A DNA stretch of 64,000 nucleotides from contig NC_043002.1 of NCBI RefSeq assembly GCF_006345805.1, positions 15,066,001-15,130,000 on the forward strand, read 5' to 3'. Both the position numbers and the translations under genes were made by a program. Positions 12,421 through 24,603 of the stretch are shown here, piece by piece. The notes beneath the pieces are model-generated. The model made no database searches. It was not told the origin of the DNA and saw nothing but the letters and a program-made list of their open reading frames with translations. This DNA is from Octopus sinensis (taxonomy: Eukaryota). Each line of letters begins with the position of its first letter. Position 1 is the stretch's first letter.

Positions 12421-13185
12421 TGAATTATAATAGTGTGTAATAATTGAAATCAAACTAAAGTATAAATAATCTTAACATAAGAAAATTAAAAATAGCAATT
12501 GTTATAAAATTGCATCAATGACTTGAACTTGAATAAGTGGTTTCACATGAATGGGAATAAATCAAAAATAAAATTAGCGTGCAGAAATGGAATAGTCCAG
12601 ATGGATAATAAAAAATTAAATTTAAGTAAAGACTATTGTCTATAAAGTATACAATGTAGACAAAAAAGAAGATTTGAAAACATGGAGTAAAGCATCTTCG
12701 AAAAGTGTCTTGGTGCGACTATGAAAGGTATCTAATCAGAGGCGGTAAATTCGCCACAATAGAAGCAAGGTTCGAGTCACCGGAGCATGCAAGGGAGTAC
12801 TCGACTCGAACTTGCAAAGTGAAAATATTTTATTTTCACCTATATATCTGGGACGTAGGACGTCCCGAAAAAAAAATTAAAATCCCCCCCACCAGAAGTA
12901 GAGGTAGGCTGGATTGTAGCCACACTTCTATACAAGAGGGAAGACAAGATACAATTGATCGAAATTACAAGGGACGGGCTAACAATTCCAGTCTGTTATA
13001 TATTTTGAGTATTGTTATCACTAGCGATATCAAGATATAACTTTGTATTTTGTATTTTATGTGTAAATGTATATATATAGATGTACATGTAATATGTACA
13101 CATATATATACACATATATGCATGCACTAGCACTATGACCCGGCAACGATGGAACTTTAATGCCAGTATATATATATATATATAT

Positions 13186-13262
13186 GTGTGTGTTTGTCCC
13201 CCCCGCCACCATCGTTTGGCAACCGTTTTGGTATGCTTACGTCCCTGTAACTTAATACTGGT
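13186..13262 (+). mobile_element. SINE family C, 3' part
   Basis: TGTTTGTCCCCC...GCAACCG...TTACGTCCCTGTAACTTA matches the post-microsatellite segment of 14548-14945. Confidence 0.6.
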
Positions 13263-13555
13263 TCCCATATTCTACTCATATCTGCACCAGGTCTGCTTAG
13301 GAGGTTATTGTGTCCTAGCATATGTGCTGCGTCTTTTAGTTTTCGTATTTTCCAGTGTTATTCTCTGTCTATTATTTTAACTTCATCCCATAGGGGGAGA
13401 TGGCCTCCATTTTTCCATTCATGATCTGTTATACCCCGAGTAAACAGTAAGAGCCCTACGCAGGAATGCCGCCTTACTTTGGCAAACAGATTTTCCTTTG
13501 AAGTATAGTTGTTTCTTAAATCTTATACATACATACATACACACACACACACACG

Positions 13556-13609
<54 letters not shown>

Positions 13610-13613
13610 ATAT

Positions 13614-13658
<45 letters not shown>

Positions 13659-13808
13659 ATATATATATTACGGATATGTACTTGCATAGCAAGTGATTTG
13701 ATCTGAGATCGTGTGCTGGAACGAAAACAATTGCAGCGTGGAAGGTGTTTGTAAGCCATTTAAGAAACACACAAAAGCCATTCGATTCACTTCAACATTT
13801 AAGTTTAA

Positions 13809-13859
13809 TTTGTCAAAATATTTTCGTCGCTATAAGACCGCGACCTGTTCACTGACAAA
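13809..13859 (-). ncRNA. Type I hammerhead-like motif with G3:C8 variant core
   Basis: Minus strand: TTTGTCA GTGAACA G GTCGC-ggtcttata-GCGAC GAAA ATAT TT TGACAAA; 7-bp helix I, 5-bp helix II, palindromic AAAATATTTT. Confidence 0.6.
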
Positions 13860-13877
13860 ACTCCGTGCTGCCGGATT

Positions 13878-13927
13878 TTTGTCTGTGAACAGGTCGCGGA
13901 TTTTAGCGACGAAAATATTTTGACAAA
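13878..13927 (+). ncRNA. Second copy of the G3:C8 variant hammerhead-like motif
   Basis: TTTGTCT GTGAACA G GTCGC-ggatttta-GCGAC GAAA ATAT TT TGACAAA; the closing pair of helix I is mismatched. Confidence 0.5.
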
Positions 13928-14547
13928 TTAAACTTAAATGTTGAAGTGAATCGAACGGCTTTTGTGTGTTTCTTAGATGACTTACAAATACCTTCTACGC
14001 TGCAATTGTATATATATATATATATATACAAAGTTAGTAATAGAGAGTGAGAGATAACTGGAAATCACTAATTGTGATAGGGAAACCAACATTTTTGGAG
14101 ATCATTTACTAATTGCTAAATAATAGGCCTCATCATTGTACTTGTAAATTCCTTCATATCTACGTATATCAGGTCGTCTGAGTAACTATACATGATTCTA
14201 CATTTATATTGTTGTTTAGAATTCAACATGATTTGCTTGCATAAATTTATACCTTACCGAGAAGCGTATTTGAGTCCAATGTATGAATATTGCAACTTAA
14301 ATGGTAAGTTTGTTTGAATTCTACATGCATTTTTGCGAGCTTGCATGGAATCAAACAGCTGACCATATTCTTGTTATGACTATATATCGAATCTTTCTGA
14401 CTGCTTGACGAATAATTCTTTAAATAAGTGACACACTAAATTATCAGCAATTAAGTGTCCTTGAATTATCTTTAAAATATGATTCTTTGCCTATTCCTAT
14501 CCCAAATTATGTTATTGACTCAAATGTTTGTTTTTTTCTCTTCAAAT

Positions 14548-14945
14548 GGAGTGGCTGTGTGGGAAGTAGCTTGCTAACCAACCACATTGTTCCGAGTTCA
14601 GTCCCACTGCGCGGCATCTTGGTCAAGTGTCTTCTGCTATAGCCTCCGGCCGACCAGTGCCTTGTGAGTGGATTTGGTAGACGGAAACTGAAAGAAGCCT
14701 GTCGTATATATGTATATATATATATGTGTGTGTATGTGTGTGTGTGTGTTTGTCCGCCTAGCATTGCTTGACAACCGATGCTGGTGTGTTTACGTCCCCG
14801 TCACTTTGCGGTTCGGCAAAAGAGACCGATAAAATAAGTACTGGGCTTACAAAGAATAAGTCCCGGGGTCGATTTGCTCGACTAAAGGCGGTGCTCCAGC
14901 ATGGCCGCAGTCAAATAACTGAAGCTAGTAAAAGAGTAAAAGAGT
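14548..14945 (+). mobile_element. SINE family C, full length with internal (TA)/(TG) microsatellite
   Basis: TGGCTGTGTGG box A-like, GAGTTCAGTCCC box B-like, tail GGTGCTCCAGCATGGCCGCAG...(AAAAGAGT)n; several other copies in the window. Confidence 0.9.
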
Positions 14946-15267
14946 GAGAGAATTATCTACAGACCGTTTTCAAAGACTCTTCAGTCTGGGAACAGGAAAC
15001 ATTACGGAAAAGCCTTCGAGATTCTAAATTACAGATTTTACTATTGTAGGTTAAAATACGATTGTCATCAATAGTAGACGTTATTCGCGCCATTATAACA
15101 TTTTAAAATATTATCAGAGTATAATTAGGCTGCTTATATCAAAATTTACACCAATGTGCAATGTTTAATAAAATTTAAAATTAAACTGCCATGATTAAAG
15201 TCGCATTTGGCTGATTAACTGAAATTCTGCAGTGCACGTATTACCAAAGATCTGCCCATGAGAATTA

Positions 15268-15485
15268 TCATCTGCTACTCTAGGCACAAGGGCCAAACGT
15301 TTTCAGAGAGGCGGCCAATCGATTAGATCGAACCCAGTGCACAACTGGTACTTAATCTATTGATTCCGAATTGATGGAAGGCAAAGTCGATCTGGGCGGA
15401 ATTTGAACTCAAAACATAAAGACAGATGAAATAACGCTAAGCATTTCGCCCGCCATACTAGCTTTTCTGCCAGCTAGTCACCTTG
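15268..15485 (-). mobile_element. SINE family D
   Basis: Minus strand TGGCAGAA head, GAGTTCAAATTCCGCC box B, GACTTTGCCTTCCATC core shared with 38763 and 54126. Confidence 0.75.
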
Positions 15486-17138
15486 CCAATGAAAATTATT
15501 AATCGACTGATTCATTCATTCATGTATATGTTTTATAAGCCGGAAATCAATTTGTTACTTCAGCATGGTTTTAATAATTGTAAATTCAGAGTATTTCTCT
15601 ATTTATGTCCGTGTGATAATAGCCTTCCAACTAACAGAACAAATAGTTCAAACTGAAATATGATGGCGGGGAGGCTTTGATGCGGTGTATTATATGGTCG
15701 AACAGTAAGCTTTGTCTCTGAATTTTTTCATCGCCTTTCAATGAATTTTCAACTTTTCCTGTCAAACGAATATCTGCCTACCGACACTGCCAAAATCCAG
15801 ATTTCTGCTCCACTACTTGAACTTGACAATATATTATGGGATGGTAATCATGAGCAATACGTTATTGGTGGATTAATTTCTCCGGGGTAGATTTCCTTGA
15901 GGGGATACAAGAATGTTGAAGCCCCAAGTGGCTCGAAGCCGCATTAGCCTTCTGAATGCAGCGTGTTATGAACGCACTGCATCCTGCGGAAAGGAGAAAT
16001 CCAACACCGAATAGATTAGTCATTTGCCAATACGCTGGTACATGAAGAAATAATGAAGAAATGAACTTACTTACATACTTACACATATGCGCTTGCTCAC
16101 ACACACACACACAACACACACACACACACACACATACATACACATTAAGAAAAACTGCATTTCTCTCAGGCGTTCTTTGATCAAAGATTTTGCTATTGAT
16201 TTTTCACGGGTGAGCTTTCGCAAACTAAAGAGGAGGAGAATTGATGAATATAAAAATAACGAAAACACGGCTGCATAATCCATACATATGAATTCAATTC
16301 GGTTGAAGCCTGTCCAAAGATTAAGAATTCTTTTTTCACTTAGCACCGAATATAAACTTGCATAGAATTGATATTTCTAGGCATCCTACAATATAAATTA
16401 CGTTGCATATGTTATCTCTTGTAGAAATAATCCCTGGTTTATCTTAAATAATCTTTTCTAATGTTCGAAATTTAACAGAATAATTTCATACGAAATATTT
16501 GCCAGAAGAATTATTCATGTATACGTAAAATTGTTCAGACTGTATTTGCATTATATTATCACTATCTTTATTGTTTATATTGCACATTATATTTAAAAAG
16601 GATATTTTTTCTAGCTGAATTTGGTGTTAATGAATATATAAGTGTCACAGTAGAAATATTAAGTTATGTGTATATGGTCACGTCTGCAAGACCTATATAT
16701 CTAGATAAAAAAGGAAACTTAATCCAGATACTTGAATTGTATAGAGAGAAATAAACTGTAAGCATGATAGTGAGGTAAAAATTCAGGAAAGTAAGGAGTG
16801 GGGCATAAATAAAATATGACAAAAAGGCAAAATAAACAATCATAATTTACTATTAGCCTTTACAGTGGGTTTCGAAAATGTAATTTTCTCAGAACATGTC
16901 TATCCAAGTAAACAAAAAGTCATACATATACACGCACACACATCTGCACATAAAATTACACAGTTAATCATGTGTGTATATATGTGTTACGTTGTGTGTG
17001 TATATGTACCCCCCACGCATATATTTACAGACACACACACGCTCATGTATATATATATACTTACTGCTTTACTCTTTATTCCTTAATGTACATTAAACTT
17101 TGAATTCTCTGTCTAGAACTAGCATACATACATATCTT

Positions 17139-17213
17139 GTCTCTGATGACGGAATACCCAGTGTATGGAGATGCTAACCTATCACTCGGTATATCCCAGA
17201 AGCAGGCGCAAGA
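17139..17213 (+). ncRNA. Decayed hammerhead motif of the 30276 family
   Basis: GTCT CTGATGA C GGAATACC...GGTATATCC CA GAAG CAGGCG CA AGA; GAAA and helix III are mutated. Confidence 0.4.
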
Positions 17214-17511
17214 ATCCAATTCTTAATTAATTTACTAATTAATTAATTGATTATTTCTAATTCACGTTATTCTAATTAAATTAAATATTCTAAATGACTC
17301 GAAATACTCGTCCTGCCTTGGATTTTGTTGTCCTTTTTGCTCTAATATTTTCCTCTAAAATATATACCTCCTACCACGAAAGCCTACTACGGAGCCCTAG
17401 CTCCAGCCTCAGTTGTGACTTAGGAAGCGAACGGATTACAAATTATAGCATTTACACAGCGTACCTATTCGTTCGTTTATATCACTAGTGAACTAAACTC
17501 ATCATATTCTG

Positions 17512-17592
<81 letters not shown>

Positions 17593-17999
17593 GTGTGTAT
17601 GTGTGTGTGTGTGCGTTTGTGTGCGTGGGGGGTGTATACATGAATAAATAAATTGTAAATGCTTTGTAATTCGTAATTAGCTCACATATAGCTTAAACAA
17701 ATGTGGAAAATGCAAAATTGAATGAAGTGCTGAATATAGTACAATCTGGCTTCTTATTTATTTCAAATTCGTCAGGTCAAAAATGTCAGCTTCTGAAAAT
17801 TATTGTTTCTTCAACAAATTTCGCAAATAATTTTCTCCTAACATATATAGATAAATAAAATAAATATGTTGCTATGGCAGGCATGTTAGATCGTCACACA
17901 AAATGTATATAGGTATTTATCCCCACAATATAAGTATCAATTCAAATCTTGCCAAAGCTTGGTGAGAAAATATGAAACCTTTCATAGCAGATTCCAATT

Positions 18000-18194
18000 G
18001 TGAGGCCACCAGTTTATGAGAGGGCAATAAGTCGATTAAACTACCCCAGTATTCAACTAGTATTCATTTTGTTGACTACAAGTGGATGGCAGGAAAGGTG
18101 ACCTTTGCGGAATTTGAACCCAGAACGTAAAGATGGACGAAATGAAGCTAAGCATTTTGACCGGCGTGCTAGCATTCCAGACACCTCGTTGCCT
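18000..18194 (-). mobile_element. SINE family D, diverged
   Basis: GCGGAATTTGAACC, CTAAGCATTT and CGGCGTGCTA segments match family D. Confidence 0.65.
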
Positions 18195-18272
18195 TACTCT
18201 TCTTATTACTCTCATTACCATTAAAAATGGCAGTGAGCCGACAGAACCGTTAATGCACCCGGCATAATTTTC

Positions 18273-18524
18273 TCTCGCTTTTACTCTTTTACTTGTTTCA
18301 GTCATTTGACTGCAGGCATGTTTGAGCACCGACTTTAGCCGAGCAAATCGATTACAGGACTTATTCTTTGTAAGCCTAGTACTTATTATATCGGTCTCTT
18401 TTACCGAACCGCTAGGTTACGGGGACGCAAACACACACACGAAAACGCACACACAAACGCACACACAAACGCACACACACACATACTCACACACATACAC
18501 ACACACACACACACACACAAACAC

Positions 18525-18593
<69 letters not shown>

Positions 18594-18722
18594 GACGGGC
18601 TTCTTTCAGTTTCTGTGTACCAAATCCACTCACAGCGCTTTGATCGGCCCGAGAATATAGTAAAATACAGTTGCTCAAGGTTCCACGCAGTGGGACTGAA
18701 CCCGGAACAATGTTGTTGGTAA
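18273..18722 (-). mobile_element. SINE family C with expanded internal microsatellite
   Basis: Tail TTTACTTGTTTCAGTCATTTGACTGC and head CGCAGTGGGACTGAACCCGGAAC; about 160 bp of internal (CA)/(TA). Confidence 0.85.
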
Positions 18723-18724
18723 CG

Positions 18725-18920
18725 ACTCCTGATTAGCAATATTATATTTCGTCCGATTTAACGTTCTGAGTTCAAACACAGCTTGGCGCTGTGGTCAAAT
18801 TTGATATTCATTCATTTGTGGAGTCGAAAAGCTAATTATCAATTAAGTACTGGGGTCGATGTGATCAATTTATTCCCACCTCTGATAATGCTGGCCAGGA
18901 GTCAAAATTTGAAACTAATA
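18725..18920 (+). mobile_element. SINE family D, diverged
   Basis: ACGTTCTGAGTTCAAA...TAAGTACTGGGGTCGATG. Confidence 0.55.
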
Positions 18921-20211
18921 TCATTATAATTAAGACGGGGAATTCAGCCGGATTGCCTTGCGGTGTATTTTCCAATTCTTTACACCCTGAAATAAAATTC
19001 AGGTACATTATGCAACATTATAAACCACAGAAGAAGGACTGTGTAATCGAATGCCTGTCTTCTAAAGAAGCCCACTTTGTACCAGAAATTTAAACCACTC
19101 ACTTTATACCATTAGCAAAATGACGGTGAGAGCCAGAAGCATTTTAGCACAAAATGGTAATGTCTAGTGTCACCTATTTCAAATCTTTTCATTGTTCGCC
19201 CACTTCACCTATATATTTAATCTTTACATTTGCTACAAAATATATGCCATCAATGAAGCACTGGCGTTCAATGAAAGGGATTTGACAAGTCTTCTTCATA
19301 AGTTATTTATACATTCATGTATGTATGTAGATAAAATGGAGCAAAGGTACCACCCGAGCCCTGGGTTCACAGGGACAGTTTTCTGGATTCTGTGGCATAT
19401 ATATCTCTTGCCCGTCGCAATGTTACTCATTTGTCACTACCAAAAGAATGGGAAATTCATCAAAGGATTTTTTTCAAGAACAAAACACATCGACAAAGCC
19501 GGCAGTCGAAACAACAATTTTACTATAATGAGTGGAATCCATTAACCTTGAAACCATACGACTCTACGCTTAAACACACTCACATCTTTTGAAAGGCTCT
19601 ATGTATAGTTCAGAAATTTATAGTATGTTGGATGAAACCACAAGTCAACTGTAGGAATGTAGACTGTAATATATAGTGTACAGGGGGATGGTGCACAAAC
19701 GGGACAACAACATACCCTAGGGAGGCAACCGGTAGCATAGACGAGCGGGAAGTGAACACTCGCAGGGGCTCAATGAGGAGAAAAGCTTGTCAGTGTTCTA
19801 ACAACATACTCAGAACATGGAGGATCCGTTAATGATATAGGTGTTAAGTCTTTATCATGAAATAGAACAGATTGGGCATACGCATAGTTGACAGATTACA
19901 GATTACAGAGGTCATACATATAGTAATAGACAGACCGAGATTCAAAACAAAACATAAATGGAATAACATCCCTCTACTCCACGACACTTTGCAACTTGAT
20001 GACTAACGACAGAATAGAAGAAAGTAAAGACAAATACAAAAATGAAAAGGAAAACACACACATCCAAACAAGACACACACAGGGAAAGAGAAAAATGTAA
20101 TTGTATAAACGAAAAACAAATTCAGAAAAATCATGGGTGCAAACTTTGCAGTAAGCAAACCCACGTACACGCACACAAAATGCAGATACAAAAAATGTAC
20201 AAGGACACGCT

Positions 20212-20448
20212 TGTGAGACATGTTTCCCTTTACGGAAAAAGAAAAGCATCAAGTGCCGAAAATGAACTTTCTTGTCTTCCATTTTAAAGGGTTTCACAAT
20301 TAACACAGGTTGTAGGAACATAAATCTTCTTCCCCGAAAAGATAGCATAAACTGTGCTCTAAATGGAGGTGTAGTCAAATCATATTTTATGGACTCAACC
20401 ATGTTCTAAAAAAAACATATCGGCACGGACTTTCCGGACAAGCTAATA
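20212..20448 (-). mobile_element. Mariner transposon 5' fragment (TIR plus transposase N-terminus)
   Basis: TIR-like TATTAGCTTGTCCGGAAAGTCCGTGCCGAT at 20418-20448; ATG at 20282 gives MEDKKVHFRHLMLFFFRKGK, a typical mariner N-terminus. Confidence 0.8.
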
Positions 20449-22201
20449 TATTAATGCCTCATGACTGTAAGTCGACAGGGTTAATATTGTAATTACCCAT
20501 GTTCTCCGTAAATTAAACCGAAAATAATTCTCTATCGAGGAATTTTTCAAGATATGTTAATGCAAATGGCCTATTCACATTAGAATTAAAACTTGCGTTA
20601 TATGTTAGACGTGGATAAAGATTTATTGATATCATACTAATTGACTTCATGTTTATAAAAGAATATAAAGCTCGCTAGATAAGTCTATTAATAAAAATGA
20701 CAGTCTTCCGCTGCAGGCTTTTATTATATATATATTTTAGGTGAAATATAACTTTTTGTTACTGATAAGTAGTTTTGCTCTTTCTGTATGCTTAGCATTT
20801 CATTTATAAAAAGCGCTACAAGAAGATTGATTCAGATAAATATTTTTTTCATCAGAAAGTTTTTTTTCATACAGTAAATAAAGTACTCAGTGTTTCAGAA
20901 AGTAAATATAAATATATTCATTTATAAATTAGCTTATAAGTTTATAAATTTCTTTCGCTCATGCTGGCTTCCTCGGAGCTACAGACAAAACTGTATGTGC
21001 GTTGATAGAATGGCTGAGGGCAACATTGATGATTAAGAAGAAAGAAATGATGCGGGAGTGTGATAAAAGTACGCTGGAGATAACAGAATATTTGATATTC
21101 AAGAATAGATATACAGTTTGAGATTCAGCAAAAGTTTTATTAAAGAATCCATTGAATGATTTATATAGAAGTGGACTTAGCTACAAACGTAAATATGATA
21201 CAACGAAGTTCGAATTTATAAAAAACTGAAAATTAACTGAAAACTTTTCGCTAGAAAAATAATGGTTTACTTTAATTCTCTGTCAATTTATAAGATGCCA
21301 TATTTTAGGTTTTTTTGTTTAATTACTAATAATCATTACTTGCATAAGCGTAAATGTTATAAAATCTATAGCTTAAATATAATTAAAATGACAAGAACAA
21401 GAAACATTTCTTGAAATATCCTCATCCCCAACCCACACAAAAATTAATCATCTTATAGTTCCTCAAAAACCAATAATTCTAATGGCTTTTCCTTCGATAA
21501 CTGTCAAGTAGAATCTTACTATTTTCCGAAAAATACTGTTTAGAAATACACGTTATAAACTAAACATTCTTCTTGTGTTTATGCTTTATCACTAATCCCG
21601 TTTATGCCGACCATTTTAGACACTGAAACAGGCTCAGCGGAAAATACACTCCTCTATAGTGCAGGGTTTTTTGTTTACATCCTAAGATCAGGAAAATTGA
21701 TATTAATGAATATTGAATATATAGAAAGAAAAATAGTCTCTATGTTCAAATTTTAGAGCATACGTTATTACACACAAACTGCTTTAGATATAACAAATTC
21801 TTACAATACATCCAGAAACACATGATTACAACGCTGACATCTCTACTCATAGTCTCAAACTCGCCTTTGTGTGTGTGTGTGGTGGGGGGTATTTTCACTT
21901 TAAACAATTTTGCATGAAAACAAGATGAACATATCACTTTCGACCAGTTTCTTTAAGATTCTGCGTTTAAAATATTACATATACAGCAGTAAAGCAATGG
22001 ACACGCCACTTTGTGAAAATAAGTCGTATGTTCTGTTATATTTTTAAGTATAACTATAGTTAAAATGTATGTTTATAAGGAACGGGTGTATTTAGTTTTA
22101 ATTTTTTTAAAATTTCGATAAGGAAGAGCATTACAGCTTTAAAATTATTTCCGTTTCTAGTTTTTATTATGTTCCGGGTAAGACATATTGACAGACATAC
22201 C

Positions 22202-22202
<1 letters not shown>

Positions 22203-22232
<30 letters not shown>

Positions 22233-22272
22233 TGTATGTATGTATGTATGTATGTATATATATATATATATA

Positions 22273-22337
<65 letters not shown>

Positions 22338-22340
22338 TTG
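22203..22340. repeat. Compound (TATG)n/(TA)n/(TG)n microsatellite
   Basis: Direct reading. Confidence 0.9.
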
Positions 22341-23166
22341 TGCACGAATATATGTACACTTATACTCATTTATGTGCATAGCTTATAGAGACACAGAGAA
22401 ACACATGCATATACACACACAAGCAACTATAAATACTCAGGCATTTAGTTGTAGAGTATTTACTTGCATATGACAATGAAAATGTGTCGCAAATATATTA
22501 TTACGTTCTTTCCAGGACTAATTTTGTACTCTAAACTTATAATGAAGTGTTCGCGCCCACGCATATATAAGTCATTATTTTCTTCGTAAATTAAATTTCG
22601 CATAGAAATCATATTATATCATTAGTTGATCAATCTCTGACACTTTGCTTTCGACATCGTATAAATTTTTAATTGAGGTTTTCAACTCAACAGAATATTG
22701 TTTTTCAAAATCATCGCATATATTATACATGCATTTCGCCTTACTACAGATATTTCTTTGCCTCATTACTAGGAATAACCTTCTATATTTGTATACTTAT
22801 CGCGACAACATACCTACGTTGCTTTCATTTTTTTCCTATTATTCTATCTACAAATGCTTTTGTCCGTGTGTGTGATATTACAGCAACTGTGATTCTTTGT
22901 GAAAGTTCTCTTCTCTCTGGTTGTGAATAAGTATATTAATGTATGTGAGTGGTAAGATCGAGATATATACCACATAATTTACACATGTAAAACTGATAAA
23001 CCGATATAAGTGCAGAAAATATAACACACGGACACTCCAATCTGAGTAACTCTGTAACTTCATTCGATTATCAATGGATAAATATATACAAAATGATGTT
23101 TTGAATTCTAATTTCCGGTTTGCATCACCAAACATATATATGTTTCTGTAAATTATAACTATATAT

Positions 23167-23283
23167 CACGTGATCACTTGACCGACCAGACCATCAAATG
23201 TTTTACACATCGCTGGTCACAATGCGCTTGGCATTGTTTTAGCCTTCGTATGACGCCACCCCGCTGGCTAAGCGAGCAGGCCA
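23167..23283 (-). mobile_element. 5'-truncated SINE family A, tail type 1 only
   Basis: Matches 1091-1206. Confidence 0.75.
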
Positions 23284-23450
23284 TAACTATATATATAGAT
23301 AAGTATATACAATAACTATATATATAGATAAGTATATACAATAACTATATATATATAGATAAGTATACACACACACACACGTACGGACGCACACGTACGC
23401 ACGCACACGTACGCACGCACACGTACGCACGCACACGTACGCACGCGCAC
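23284..23450. repeat. Adjacent 29-bp and 14-bp minisatellites
   Basis: TAACTATATATATAGATAAGTATATACAA at 23284, 23313 and 23342, followed by ACGCACACGTACGC about 5 times. Confidence 0.85.
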
Positions 23451-23569
23451 AAAAAACAAACACATACACACATACACTAACATATACATATATATGAAAC
23501 AAAAGCAGCTCTAGTAAAATAAATATTAATAGCATATATACTCAATGTATATCCATTAAGTATGTGTTA

Positions 23570-23720
23570 ACAATAACAACAGCACCACCACCACCAACAA
23601 CAACAACAACAAGAACAACAACAGCAGCAGCAGCAGCAACAATAACATCAACAATATCATCAACAACTAGAACAACAACAACAATAATGATAATAATGAT
23701 GATGATAATGATAATTATTA
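23570..23720. repeat. Compound CAA/CAC/CAG/ATA/GAT trinucleotide repeat
   Basis: Direct reading. Confidence 0.85.
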
Positions 23721-24227
23721 TTTTTTATTTCACACTTTTGTGTTAATCGTTTACTTGGTTACCTCTCTGAAGAACTAAGCGATCGTTTCTTTAATTCGTT
23801 GGTTAAACATTCTAGAAGCTGTTTAATATACTTCCAGCTATATTCGTTACCTCATCCCAGAAATATCTCCTATTTGCAAACAAGATAAACAGAATAAGCA
23901 CATGGTAGAACAGAAACAAGTCCCAAGAGGTAGTACTTGTAAAGACCATTTCCTATGGGAAGTAGCTTGTACTTTTAGAAATGGTCTTATATAGGCTAAG
24001 ATTGAAATCGAAAAGAAATGAGGGCTATCTACTTAATCATAACTATGTAATACATACCTCTTCAAAAAGACCTCGTCTACGGATTAGAACTGCTTAGTAT
24101 GTTTTGTTAAGGCTAGAGTTAACTATACAACCAGAAATGTAGTCTACTGCATATCATCTAAGAAAGGTGAATATAAAAACTCGAAAATGGTGTACACTTG
24201 TGAAATATCTTGGAGGGATTAAATATA

Positions 24228-24603
24228 GGAGCACTCCGTCGGTTACGACGATGAGGGTCCCAGCTGATACGATCAACGGAACAGCTTGCTCGTGGAATTA
24301 AAGTGCAAGTGGCTGAGCATAACACAGACACGTGTACCCTTAACATAGTTCTCGAGGAGATTCAGCGTGACACAGAGTGTGACAAGGCTGGCCCTTTGAA
24401 ATACAGGTAAAACAGAAACAGGAAGAAAGAGTGAGAGAAAGTTGTGGTGAAAAAGTACAGCAGGGTTCACCCCCCCTGCAGGAGCCTTGTGAAGCTTTAG
24501 GTGTTTTCGCTCAATAAACACTCTCAATGCCCGGTCTGGGAATCGAAACCGCAATCCTATGACCGCGAGTCCGCTGCCCTAACCACTGGGCCATTGCACC
24601 TCC
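24228..24603 (-). mobile_element. SINE family A, tail type 2, with TSD
   Basis: Matches 8296-8676; TSD AGGGATTAAATA at 24214-24225 and 24606-24617. Confidence 0.9.

Larger units (their letters stand above)
13672..14009. mobile_element. Fold-back PLE-like remnant with two variant hammerhead motifs
   Basis: Arms 13727-13860 and 13876-14009 are reverse complements with a few mismatches; 15-nt spacer. Confidence 0.75.

Noticed and set aside
12705-12830. Peptide RYLIRGGKFATIEARFESPEHAREYST, reminiscent of a LINE ORF1 fragment
   Set aside because: Short and based on recollection only; it needs a TBLASTX or HMM search.
16170-16209. 40-nt + strand candidate exon (ttctctcag|...CACGG|gtgagc; RSLIKDFAIDFSR)
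   Set aside because: Good splice signals but no recognisable protein and no linked exons; chance occurrence is likely in 64 kb without RNA-seq support.
20945-21120. Protein-like open frame ...DKTVCALIEWLRATLMIKKKEMMRECDK...
   Set aside because: No recognisable domain and weak splice sites; unsupported.
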